Origin: Paludibacteraceae bacterium
Lineage (GTDB): Bacteria; Bacteroidota; Bacteroidia; Bacteroidales; Paludibacteraceae
Direction of reading: 5' to 3'
Assembly (NCBI GenBank): GCA_017555595.1
Contig: JAFZGC010000067.1
Location: forward strand, 514 to 64,513
DNA: 64,000 bases
The notes below the pieces were generated by a model. The model ran no database searches and had not been told where the DNA came from. It was given only the letters and a program-made list of their open reading frames with translations. This document shows, piece by piece, positions 17,459 to 25,546 of the stretch (positions are counted from its first letter, which is position 1; each line of letters starts with the position of its first letter). A program made the position numbers and the translations under genes.

Positions 17459-17539
17459 TTATGGTTTTAAGCATCCGATAGGTACTACATATACACCATC
17501 TTCTCGGCGATAAGCATATTGTCCCGCAGTTAGTACCAT
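17459..17539 (-). CDS. Possible 26-aa ORF (MVLTAGQYAYRREDGVYVVPIGCLKP) or the C-terminal stub of a lost gene
   Basis: The ATG at 17539 lies 15 nt downstream of the -7 box at 17554-17561. The peptide looks protein-like, but no family was recognised. Confidence 0.2.
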   Translation of the reverse strand: MVLTAGQYAYRREDGVYVVPIGCLKP

Positions 17540-17553
17540 CAAGAAATTTGGCG

Positions 17554-17561
17554 CAAAGGTA
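17554..17561 (-). promoter_or_regulatory. -7 box TACCTTTG downstream of the 23-bp repeat array
   Basis: caaaggta on the plus strand, followed by an A/T-rich tract as at the other promoters in the window. Confidence 0.55.
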
Positions 17562-17586
17562 TAGTTTTTTTTATATACGCAAGCTA

Positions 17587-17678
17587 TTCCGAACTTTTTT
17601 GTTGTTTTACTCCGATTTTTTTGGTCGTTCAACTCCGAATATTTTAAGTTTTTTACTCCGAAATTTGTACTATTTTGG
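17587..17678. repeat. Four degenerate 23-bp direct repeats, exactly phased
   Basis: The tccga core starts at 17588, 17611, 17634 and 17657 (spacing 23/23/23). Each core is followed by a T-rich tract. Confidence 0.85.
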
Positions 17679-19118
17679 AAGTTGGCAAAAGTCATGTAAA
17701 TATTTCTGCAATTCTCGGGTGGGTATGCCTATCTTTTGCGCAATGCGACGCTTGAAAGTACTTACACCTGTAGCCGAGTAGTTCATCCAATCAGCTAGTT
17801 CCTCTAGCGAAGCGCTTGGATAAACAAGCATAAATACGCAGAAGACATTTTCGCGGTTGGAGAGGTGGAGTTGGTCTAAGCGGGAGAACCAGTCATGCAG
17901 TTGCGGTTCAAGGTCTTTCTTCAGGGAATTATAATCGTTCCATTGTTTGCGAGGTTTTGGGCATGTGCTGCGGATGTCTGCCAACATGGCATTGAAGTCA
18001 TAAACTCGCTTCTCCTCTTGGTACTCTGTGGCTTGTACCTCCATGCGAGTTGAGAGGTCATCTATCTGATGATGAGCCACTTGCAAGCGACGAGTAGCAT
18101 ATCGACGGTGCAGTACGATAGCAATGAGCAGTAGCAAGCATGCCACAATGAGGCATAGGAGCGCAATCCATGCCCAGCGGTAGGGATAAGGGTTAGATAG
18201 ATATTTTTCAAGTTTGGTTAGCGCAGCATTGTAGTTGCCGACACTCTCCATCAAGAGTTCGTTGGCATCCTGTCGCGCGTGTGCATACGCGCTCAATTTA
18301 TCTATATCTCCACGTGCCTTGGCATCTTGCATGAGACAGTAGTAGGCATTGACCAAGTCGTTGGGGTCGGCGGACAGCTCGACAATGATTTGTGCGTAAG
18401 GCAAAGCCGCTGCTTGGTTATCCATGTCGAGATAGACTTGCATGAGTTTCTTGTAGGTGTAGAACTTGTCTTCCTCATACTCCCAGAGGCTTAAGGCTTG
18501 GTGGAAGTAGTGGAGGGCAGAGTCATATTGGAGCTGCTCGTAGAAATAGAGCCCTTTGGTCTCGTAGTAGCGCGCGAGGTAGTAGTTGTCGATATTGTAG
18601 GATTGAGCGATACGGAGTACGCTGTCGGCTTGGGAGTAGTGATGAAGGTCGGTATGAAACTCGCTAACATCTAATAGGGTGTGTGCGTAGTACCAGTCCT
18701 TACCGCTGGCTTTGAACGCCCCGTTGGCACGAACGAAAAAGATGAGGGCGAGGCTGTCGCTCTCGTTTTGCTTGCTGATATGACCTAAGCAGGAGTTGAT
18801 GCGCCCGCGATAGATAGGGTCATCAATCTGTGCGCGGTCGGCAGCGATATAATGTTCAGCAGCTTGGGTGATTTGGTCGTCGAGACTAAGGTTGCGCCCC
18901 ATGTAGTAGTGCGCTTTGCCAAGCTGGTTGTGGGCAAAGAGTTTGCCGAAAGGATTGTCGAGCGTGCGGATGGCTTGCTGCAGCGCTGCGGTATCGTCGT
19001 AGAGGATGTGCTCAGTTTGGTCGAGGCTATCGGCGGTGGCGATGACTTGCTTCGCCTCCTGCCAATGACAAGAAGAAAGCAAGCTAATCAATACTATGAG
19101 CACACAGATATTTCGCAT
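17670..19118 (-). CDS. Membrane-spanning regulator: lipoprotein signal, periplasmic TPR-like domain, one TM helix and a cytoplasmic LuxR/GerE-type HTH
   Basis: MRNICVLIVLISLLSSC lipobox. TM helix WAWIALLCLIVACLLLLIAIVL. The C-terminus LSNRENVFCVFMLVYPSASLEELADWMNYSATGVSTFKRRIAQKIGI fits a LuxR-type HTH. The start was set after the -7 box at 19137-19144. Confidence 0.7.
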   Translation of the reverse strand: MRNICVLIVLISLLSSCHWQEAKQVIATADSLDQTEHILYDDTAALQQAIRTLDNPFGKLFAHNQLGKAHYYMGRNLSLDDQITQAAEHYIAADRAQIDDPIYRGRINSCLGHISKQNESDSLALIFFVRANGAFKASGKDWYYAHTLLDVSEFHTDLHHYSQADSVLRIAQSYNIDNYYLARYYETKGLYFYEQLQYDSALHYFHQALSLWEYEEDKFYTYKKLMQVYLDMDNQAAALPYAQIIVELSADPNDLVNAYYCLMQDAKARGDIDKLSAYAHARQDANELLMESVGNYNAALTKLEKYLSNPYPYRWAWIALLCLIVACLLLLIAIVLHRRYATRRLQVAHHQIDDLSTRMEVQATEYQEEKRVYDFNAMLADIRSTCPKPRKQWNDYNSLKKDLEPQLHDWFSRLDQLHLSNRENVFCVFMLVYPSASLEELADWMNYSATGVSTFKRRIAQKIGIPTRELQKYLHDFCQLPK

Positions 19119-19136
19119 GGTGGCTGATTTTGAGTG

Positions 19137-19144
19137 CAAAGGTA
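19137..19144 (-). promoter_or_regulatory. -7 box TACCTTTG upstream of the TPR-HTH regulator gene
   Basis: caaaggta on the plus strand, 19 nt upstream of the ATG at 19118. Confidence 0.6.
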
Positions 19145-19324
19145 GTGAAAATATTTGAATTGGTCAAGGGGATGGAACAAATGTACATGATTTTACGGGA
19201 AGAAAGGTTGATAATGTGGTAGTTGTGGGGAATTTGTACAGGGACATTGTTAGCCCACAGAAAGCCTATAGATGTCCTACAGATGTCCTATAGTGGTCCC
19301 GAAACAGGCAAGCAATTTAGTACC

Positions 19325-19366
19325 AAAACAAAATCACCTGTGCTGGATTGCACAGGTGATTTTTGT
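19325..19366 (-). terminator. Strong hairpin terminator after the exbD genes
   Basis: atcacctgtg...cacaggtgat, a 10-bp stem flanked by A/T runs on both sides. Confidence 0.8.
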
Positions 19367-19383
19367 TGATATCAATCTATTGA

Positions 19384-19854
19384 TTAGTAGGATGTGCGTT
19401 GGGTTGCAGCGTAGTTAATCTTCAGCGCGTAAGCACGGCGAAGCTCTTGTTTGATATCTGCAATGATACCCATCTTGGTTTCCTTATCTGCTTTGATAGA
19501 CACAGTCATCAAACCTTGGTCAGACTCTTTCATAGAAGAACGCTCATTGATGATATAATCACCAACCTCCTTCGCATCTGCGAAAGCGTCGTCCAATTGG
19601 ATACGTGTCTCAGCACCGTATTGCTTACGGAACTCTGCAGTAGGAGTACCCACATAGATGTAACGAACCAATGATTTTTTCTCCAACTTAGTCAACTCAG
19701 TAGCTTGTGGATTGGTGAAGTGAACCTTGAAGTTTACCTCCTTCATAGAAGTTACTGACATGAAGAAGAACAAGAGCATGAAGATGATATCTGGCAATGA
19801 ACTGGTGTTCAATGCAGGCATCTCACGTTTATCGTTTCTACGAATTTTTGCCAT
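19384..19854 (-). CDS. exbD: ExbD/TolR family biopolymer transport protein
   Basis: 156 aa. The N-terminal TM segment LPDIIFMLLFFFM is typical of ExbD. Confidence 0.85.
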   Translation of the reverse strand: MAKIRRNDKREMPALNTSSLPDIIFMLLFFFMSVTSMKEVNFKVHFTNPQATELTKLEKKSLVRYIYVGTPTAEFRKQYGAETRIQLDDAFADAKEVGDYIINERSSMKESDQGLMTVSIKADKETKMGIIADIKQELRRAYALKINYAATQRTSY

Positions 19855-19856
19855 AC

Positions 19857-20438
19857 TTATTTTCCTCCATAATTTTTAGGTTCAGCCTCAGAAATCTTTT
19901 GAGGATAAATCTTTTGGATTTTCTTTTGCCACTCCTCATCCAACTCGTTGTATGATTTGTGGAAATATTTCTGAGCGCACTCTTCACGTAATTCATTGTA
20001 AGCACGTACCAATTCGTTTTGCACCTCCAGATAAGCTTGGTATTGTGTCTCTGCATCATTTTGTACAGAAATCACGTGCTCTTTAGTATATTTGAGCGTA
20101 CCAAAAGGTTGACCAAAATCCTCTTCATAGAGTTTTGGCATATCAGCCTTGTCCTCTGGGTTAGCGATAAACTCCTTGGCTTTAGCGCGCAGTTGACGTA
20201 CATCCAGTTCTTGACCTTGAACAAGGAGCTTGTTCTCCCAGTTAATCTTCACAACAAACAAGTTACGTTTGTTGATATCGGTGTCCTCAACCTTGGCATC
20301 TGGTGGAATAGGTGCAGGCAAACGACGTGCCAAACCTTGATTCACATCCATAGAGGTGGTCACCAAGAAGAAGATGAGCAGCAAGAACGAGATGTCGGCC
20401 ATGGAACTGGCGTTAATCTCTGGAATTTTCTTTGCCAT
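19857..20438 (-). CDS. exbD: ExbD/TolR family biopolymer transport protein (second copy)
   Basis: 193 aa, MAKKIPEINASSMADISFLLLIFFLVTTSM... Confidence 0.85.
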   Translation of the reverse strand: MAKKIPEINASSMADISFLLLIFFLVTTSMDVNQGLARRLPAPIPPDAKVEDTDINKRNLFVVKINWENKLLVQGQELDVRQLRAKAKEFIANPEDKADMPKLYEEDFGQPFGTLKYTKEHVISVQNDAETQYQAYLEVQNELVRAYNELREECAQKYFHKSYNELDEEWQKKIQKIYPQKISEAEPKNYGGK

Positions 20439-20456
20439 AATGCTTAACTTATTGGA

Positions 20457-20933
20457 TTACTTTTTAATTTTTGTATAAACAACACCCCAAACCAATGCAA
20501 CTACTGTAGAAGCGGTAAGGATGTAAACGAGGTACATAATAGCGTCACTCATACGTGCCATATTACCTACGTTGTCGGTACCCTCATAACCAAGGATTTC
20601 AATTTTCTCTGGGCTACCGAGGAACCAGCACAATGCGCAAAGACCTACAGCTGCCAAAACAACGCCTACTGAAGTAAGACCACGTTTTGGATCTACCTTA
20701 AAGGTCTCAACGAGTTTTGCCAATACAAAACCAAAGGTAGCAAGGAGAACAATAGCTACGAGCACGTAAATCCAGTAGAGGAGCAAGTCGGTGTACTTAG
20801 GAATATTCAAGAAGTCACCTGCTACCTCCAAAGAACCCTCAGAGCCACCCACGAAGAACATCACTGCTGCGAGGATGCCTACCAACATGAGTACCCATAC
20901 GGTTACTTTTGGGAATAATTTATAATTTTTCAT
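20457..20933 (-). CDS. Four-helix membrane protein of unknown function within the exbB-exbD cluster
   Basis: 158 aa with four hydrophobic segments, in an operon position between exbB and exbD. Confidence 0.6.
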   Translation of the reverse strand: MKNYKLFPKVTVWVLMLVGILAAVMFFVGGSEGSLEVAGDFLNIPKYTDLLLYWIYVLVAIVLLATFGFVLAKLVETFKVDPKRGLTSVGVVLAAVGLCALCWFLGSPEKIEILGYEGTDNVGNMARMSDAIMYLVYILTASTVVALVWGVVYTKIKK

Positions 20934-20988
20934 AATAATCTGTCTTTTGCAAGTTTAACAATTAGAGTTCTGCACAATGCAAAATAGA

Positions 20989-21813
20989 TTATTTCTTTTG
21001 TGCTGCGTCGTATTCAACCACGAGGTCGAGGAGGCTGATAGAGCTATCCTCCATCTCATTTACGAGACCCTCAACAAGGCTAAGGATGTAGTTGTAGAAT
21101 ACTTGAAGAATAATAGCGATGATCAAACCGAGGAGAGTTGTCAAAAGAGCAACCTTGATACCACCAGCAACGACAGTTGCAGAGATATCACCTACTTGTT
21201 GGATCTTATCGAAGGCTTGGATCATACCGATAATGGTACCCAAGAATCCCAAAGATGGAGCAATAGAGATAAACAGAGAAATCCAAGAGAGGTTCTTCTC
21301 GAGGAGACCGAGTTGAACGCCACCGTAAGAAGCTACGGTTTTCTCAACTACGTCAACGCCCTCGCTATAACGGCTCAAACCTTGATAGAAGATACTTGCT
21401 ACAGGACCACGAGTGTTGCGGCACACCTCCAAAGCAGCCTCGATACCACCGTTCTTCAAAGCAGCCTCAACGTTAGCGAGGAGAGCCTTGGTGTTAGTCT
21501 TGCTCAAGCTCAAATAAATGATACGCTCAATACAGAGTGCCAAACCGAATACCAAGCAGAGGAGGGTTGCAGCCATGAAGCCAGCACCACCTTCAATAAA
21601 CTTAGTTTTGAGAGTCTTGTGGAGTGCTACTACAGCATTTTCCTCAGCCTCTTGATCTACTTCTTCTACTACAGCAGTTGTTTCCTCAACTACAGTTTCA
21701 GTTGTTTCCTCAGCTACAGGAGCATCAGCTTGAGCTGCGTCTTGAGCCATTACTGCAACGCTTCCGAAAGAAAACATTGCCAACACCGTAAGGGTTGCAA
21801 AAATTTTTTTCAT
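20989..21813 (-). CDS. exbB: MotA/TolQ/ExbB proton-channel protein with a signal peptide and an acidic E/T/V-rich N-terminal extension
   Basis: 274 aa with the motif SIAPSLGFLGTIIGMIQAF. Confidence 0.88.
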   Translation of the reverse strand: MKKIFATLTVLAMFSFGSVAVMAQDAAQADAPVAEETTETVVEETTAVVEEVDQEAEENAVVALHKTLKTKFIEGGAGFMAATLLCLVFGLALCIERIIYLSLSKTNTKALLANVEAALKNGGIEAALEVCRNTRGPVASIFYQGLSRYSEGVDVVEKTVASYGGVQLGLLEKNLSWISLFISIAPSLGFLGTIIGMIQAFDKIQQVGDISATVVAGGIKVALLTTLLGLIIAIILQVFYNYILSLVEGLVNEMEDSSISLLDLVVEYDAAQKK

Positions 21814-21861
21814 ACGATTTTGTTTTTAGTATTAAATTGTTTATAATTATTTTGTTCGTTC

Positions 21862-22071
21862 CTTCTGCGGAGAGAGGGGGATTTCTCCGTAATCCCCACA
21901 GTCTGCCACAGGCATCCTGTGCAAATCCTTTTACGCGCGTCCTCACTCAAGCATGCTTGGATTCGAGAGGGGGATTTCTACGTAATCCCTCAATCTGCCG
22001 ATGGCATCTTGTGCAAAGATATTCATTTGCCTCACTCAAGCGAGCTTGGACTCGTCAACTAAATATCTTTG
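21862..22071 (-). repeat. Two tandem ~105-bp degenerate tRNA-Ser-like units, each ending in a T-arm-like hairpin plus the acceptor 3' strand
   Basis: The minus strand reads GGGGATTACGGAGAAATCCCCCTCTCTCCGCAGAAGG (21897-21862) and GAGGGATTACGTAGAAATCCCCCTCTCG (21998-21961), directly downstream of tRNA-Ser(GGA), whose own end is GGGGGTTCGAATCCCCCTCTCTCCGC. Confidence 0.8.
22014..22021 (-). promoter_or_regulatory. -7 box TATCTTTG inside pseudo-tRNA unit B, a candidate exbB-operon promoter
   Basis: caaagata on the plus strand, about 200 nt upstream of the exbB ATG at 21813. Confidence 0.4.
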
Positions 22072-22159
22072 CGGAGAGAGGGGGATTCGAACCCCCGAAA
22101 CCCTTTTGGAGTTTACACGCTTTCCAGGCGTGCCTCTTCAACCACTCGAGCATCTCTCC
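22072..22159 (-). tRNA. tRNA-Ser (anticodon GGA)
   Basis: GGAGAGATGCTCGAGTGGTTGAAGAGGCACGCCTGGAAAGCGTG...long variable arm...GGGGGTTCGAATCCCCCTCTCTCCG. Confidence 0.9.
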
Positions 22160-22221
22160 TTTCGTCGCAATGCGCTTGCCTATGGACACTCACATCAAGG
22201 CACTATACACCTAACGACCCG

Positions 22222-22229
22222 CAAAGGTA
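22222..22229 (-). promoter_or_regulatory. -7 box TACCTTTG upstream of tRNA-Ser(GGA)
   Basis: caaaggta on the plus strand, 63 nt upstream of the tRNA 5' end. Confidence 0.6.
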
Positions 22230-22279
22230 CAAAAAATATTTGATATATACACAATATTTTGCACTTTTTTTTGTTTTTT

Positions 22280-23056
22280 TCACAATTTTATAACAAAAAG
22301 TGCTTTTGCATTCGCTGTTGTCTGCTCTACAACATGTTCTACAGAACAATTATACACCTCTGCCAAACGCTCTGCCACATACCGCATCCAGCGACTCTCG
22401 TTGCGCTTGCCGCGATGAGGCACAGGTGCCATATAAGGTGCATCAGTCTCCAACACCAATCGCTCCAACGGGATACCCACCAAATGTTCTGCCAACTTGC
22501 AATTTTTGAACGTCAGCACACCACCAATACCCAAGTAATAACCCATATCTACTACTTGCTTCGCCACCTCATGACTGCCACTAAAGCAGTGCATTACGCC
22601 CGTGACAGATGGAAACTCGCGCAAGATGTTCAGCGTATCCTCTGTCGCATCGCGGCTATGAATCATCACGGGTAAGTGGTATTGCTCTGCCCAACGCATT
22701 TGCTCGCGCAACGCCTCGTGCTGCTGCTCCTTAAACGTCACATCCCAATGATAGTCCAAGCCTATCTCCCCTATGGCTATCAATGGGTAAGAAGAGTTCA
22801 TTCGCTGATCTACAGCTTCTTTCAACACGCGCAGCTGTTCCTGCCAATCCTCCTTCACATTCTCTGGGTGCAAACCCAAAGCGGGAAACAAATACGCAGG
22901 AAAACGGTCACAAACCTCCAGCACATCCTTCGCCGAAGTCTTATCTACCCCAGGCACCAAAATGGCTTCCACACCGCTTTCGCGCTGTTCTGCCAAGAAG
23001 ATCTCCAGTTCTTCCGCATACTGCGGATCATCTATATGACAATGAGTATCTATCAT
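22280..23056 (-). CDS. tatD: TatD family metal-dependent hydrolase
   Basis: 258 aa, MIDTHCHIDDPQY... with conserved His/Asp motifs. Confidence 0.88.
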   Translation of the reverse strand: MIDTHCHIDDPQYAEELEIFLAEQRESGVEAILVPGVDKTSAKDVLEVCDRFPAYLFPALGLHPENVKEDWQEQLRVLKEAVDQRMNSSYPLIAIGEIGLDYHWDVTFKEQQHEALREQMRWAEQYHLPVMIHSRDATEDTLNILREFPSVTGVMHCFSGSHEVAKQVVDMGYYLGIGGVLTFKNCKLAEHLVGIPLERLVLETDAPYMAPVPHRGKRNESRWMRYVAERLAEVYNCSVEHVVEQTTANAKALFVIKL

Positions 23057-24354
23057 TTTCTAAACAAAATACTACTATCTCCGTAACTCAAAAAGCGAAA
23101 ATCATTCGCCAAAGCGTAATCATAAATTCTATGCCAATCACCACCCACAAACGCACTTACCAGCAGCAGCAACGTAGATTTGGGCTGATGGAAATTGGTA
23201 ATCAACTGATCCACTACACGGAACACATACCCAGGCTTAATCATAATCTGCGTCTCGGCGTGCAACACATCCCGCCCCGTCTGCTCCAAATAATCCACTA
23301 TTGCTTGCAATGCCTCGCGCGTAGAGAGCGCATACTCCTTCTCATAAGGTTCAAACTGCGAAACGGAGAGCACAGCATCTCCAGTATCCGGTGTCCGGTA
23401 TCCAGATTCCAACTTTTCCCCAAGGAAATACAAACTCTCCAACGTCCGCATACTCGTCGTTCCTACCGCCACAATATGCCCTAGATTCTCAGCAATCGTC
23501 CGTATCGTATCCTTTGGCACTGCTATAATCTCGGTGTGCATGGTATGTTGGTTGGCGTCAGCCACCTTTACGGGTTGGAAAGTACCAGCACCCACGTGCA
23601 AGGTCACTTCCGCTGTTTGTATTCCTCGCTCACGCAAACCATTTAGCACATTTTCAGTAAAATGCAGACCCGCCGTGGGCGCAGCCACCGAACCCTTGAT
23701 ACGCGAGTACACCGTCTGATAGGTCGTCTTATCGCTCTCCTCAGTCTTTCGATTCAAATACGGAGGAATAGGCAACTCGCCCACTGCATCCAATATCTCT
23801 GCGAAACTTATATTTAGACCGCCACTGGCTGTTAGACCATTACACTGTTGGATCACTTCGTTGTCAGACCGCTGCGCTGTCAGATTCCAAGCGAAGCGTA
23901 CAGCGAAAGTATTGCCTGTTTGTTCGCCTTTTTCAGCAAAGAGAGTTATCGTTTCACCAGAAGCAAGTTGTACAGGCAGAGATAATGCACCCGCCTTCCA
24001 CTTCTTGGCGTTGCCAATCATACACTTCCACGTACAACCCTCTGTGCTACCCAACGACAATTGATAATCATGCGGCGCTATTGGCTCCAAGCAGAAAATC
24101 TCTATGCGAGCGCCTCTTGCCTTGTCGCCTACTTCCTTGTGAAACTCCAATCGCGCTTGTATCACGCGCGTGTTATTATATATAAGGAGTGAGCCCGGAG
24201 CCAAGTATTCTCCTACTTGGTAAAAATGATCTTCGCTCACTTGTCCATCGCGATAGACGAGCAGCTTGCTTTGATCGCGATTTGCCAATGGATATTTGGC
24301 AATTCGTTCGTCAGGCAAAGGGTAATTGTATTCTTCTATAAGGATTTCTTCCAT
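23053..24354 (-). CDS. queA: S-adenosylmethionine:tRNA ribosyltransferase-isomerase
   Basis: 433 aa with YNYPLPDERIAKYPL...SKLLV...PIPPYL...TNFHQPKSTLLLLVSAF. Confidence 0.9.
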   Translation of the reverse strand: MEEILIEEYNYPLPDERIAKYPLANRDQSKLLVYRDGQVSEDHFYQVGEYLAPGSLLIYNNTRVIQARLEFHKEVGDKARGARIEIFCLEPIAPHDYQLSLGSTEGCTWKCMIGNAKKWKAGALSLPVQLASGETITLFAEKGEQTGNTFAVRFAWNLTAQRSDNEVIQQCNGLTASGGLNISFAEILDAVGELPIPPYLNRKTEESDKTTYQTVYSRIKGSVAAPTAGLHFTENVLNGLRERGIQTAEVTLHVGAGTFQPVKVADANQHTMHTEIIAVPKDTIRTIAENLGHIVAVGTTSMRTLESLYFLGEKLESGYRTPDTGDAVLSVSQFEPYEKEYALSTREALQAIVDYLEQTGRDVLHAETQIMIKPGYVFRVVDQLITNFHQPKSTLLLLVSAFVGGDWHRIYDYALANDFRFLSYGDSSILFRK

Positions 24355-25508
24355 GATTTTCGGTCACCTTTGAATAGTTCATACTTATTAAACAAGCACT
24401 CCAAATCGCCATTCACCAGATGTATTTTCTTCGCAGGGCGCAAGCCTATACACTTCATCGCTTCTTCGTTGCTGGAGATAATCCACGCGTTCGCACCGCT
24501 AAACTGATGCTTCAGCGCAGTACCCACATCTTGATACAAGCGCAGTACATCTTTGTCTTGCGACAATCGTTCTCCGTATGGTGGATTCATCATAACAAGC
24601 GCCCCCTCAGTGTCTCTATCCGCAAGGCGCAATTCCTCTACACGAATCTGTTTCACTTCTATATCCCGCTGAAGATTAGCCGATTGCACATTCTTTGTCG
24701 CAGCCTGCACCGCATAGAAGCCCGCATCAGAGCCGTAGATCTTATGATCAAAATCACGCTCACGACTATCATCACTATAGATATCCTCAAACAAATCCGC
24801 ATCAAAGTTCGCCCACTTTTCAAATGCAAATCCCTTGCGATAGATGCCTGGAGCAATATTTCTTGCTATCAATGCTGCCTCTATCAGCAATGTGCCCGAA
24901 CCGCACATTGGGTCATAGAAATCACTCTGACCCTTCCAGCCCGCGAGCAGGAGCATACCTGCCGCAAGAGCCTCATTGATTGGTGCTTGCGTGTTAGCAA
25001 CACGGTATCCACGCTTGTGCAGACTCTCGCCCGAACTGTCCAACGACAGTGTAACCGTATCGCCTGCTATGTGCACATTGAGGTAGAGATCGGGATTAGT
25101 GAGTTGCACACTTGGACGTACACCGCCATGCTCCATCCACCAGTCCACTATCGCATCTTTAACGCGATAGGTAATGAACTGCGAATGGCGAAAAAGGTCG
25201 GAATAGACCGTGGCGTCAATCTGGAAAGTGGTTTTGGCAGTCATGTATTGTGCCCAATCCAACGATTTGACTTGCTCGTAGATATCATCGGTCTTCTTCG
25301 CTTTGAAGGTTGCTATTGGCACGAGCACGCGCGAGGCTGTACGCAGACAGTAGTTTGCGGTATAAAGCATACGTTTGTCACCTGTAAATGACACAGCTCG
25401 ACGTTCTATTTGGACATTATTGGCACCTAATTCAATCAGTTCGTTTGCAAGCACTTGCTCCAAACCCTTGAAAGTCTTTGCCAACATTTGAAATTCGTTG
25501 TTCATCAA
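24336..25508 (-). CDS. THUMP-domain class I SAM-dependent RNA methyltransferase
   Basis: 390 aa. The N-terminal region is THUMP-like, followed by DPMCGSGTLLIEA and MMNPPYGERL motifs. Confidence 0.85.
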   Translation of the reverse strand: MMNNEFQMLAKTFKGLEQVLANELIELGANNVQIERRAVSFTGDKRMLYTANYCLRTASRVLVPIATFKAKKTDDIYEQVKSLDWAQYMTAKTTFQIDATVYSDLFRHSQFITYRVKDAIVDWWMEHGGVRPSVQLTNPDLYLNVHIAGDTVTLSLDSSGESLHKRGYRVANTQAPINEALAAGMLLLAGWKGQSDFYDPMCGSGTLLIEAALIARNIAPGIYRKGFAFEKWANFDADLFEDIYSDDSRERDFDHKIYGSDAGFYAVQAATKNVQSANLQRDIEVKQIRVEELRLADRDTEGALVMMNPPYGERLSQDKDVLRLYQDVGTALKHQFSGANAWIISSNEEAMKCIGLRPAKKIHLVNGDLECLFNKYELFKGDRKSWKKSL

Positions 25509-25511
25509 GCA

Positions 25512-25539
25512 AATTTTGAATTAAGAATTTTGAATTATA
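25512..25539. repeat. Heptamer array aattttg aattaag aattttg aattata
   Basis: Exact 7-bp phasing. The array fills most of the 38-nt spacer between the lptF/G stop and the methyltransferase start. Confidence 0.85.
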
Positions 25540-25546
25540 CAAAGGA

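Noticed and set aside
17587-17678. Tandem arrays (this one, 4243-4297, and the heptamer arrays) considered as CRISPR
   Set aside because: The units are 7-23 bp and directly abutting, with no unique spacers. There are no cas genes in the window.
17459-17695. 78-aa ORF from the ORF track
   Set aside because: The N-terminal ~52 residues are the translation of the 23-bp repeat array and of a promoter box. Only the last 26 codons, after the -7 box, are kept as a low-confidence feature.
19384-21813. The ExbB/ExbD cluster as part of a novel system with the neighbouring regulator and giant gene
   Set aside because: The exbB-x-exbD-exbD arrangement is standard in Bacteroidetes. A strong terminator (19325-19366) separates it from the regulator gene, and no specific link is visible.
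20977-21846. 289-aa plus-strand ORF
   Set aside because: It is fully antisense to the well-supported exbB gene (20989-21813). Its translation is low-complexity (S/L/C-rich) and has no recognisable motifs.
21862-22071. An intact integrative element or prophage at the tRNA-Ser genes
   Set aside because: No integrase, excisionase, mobilisation or phage genes occur anywhere in the window. Only att-like scars are visible.
22783-23484. 233-aa plus-strand ORF spanning the tatD/queA junction
   Set aside because: It is antisense to two strongly supported genes. It is P/R/H-rich and has no motifs.
24420-25391. 323-aa plus-strand ORF
   Set aside because: It is antisense to the THUMP methyltransferase gene, which has clear NPPYG/SAM motifs. 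It is a shadow ORF.
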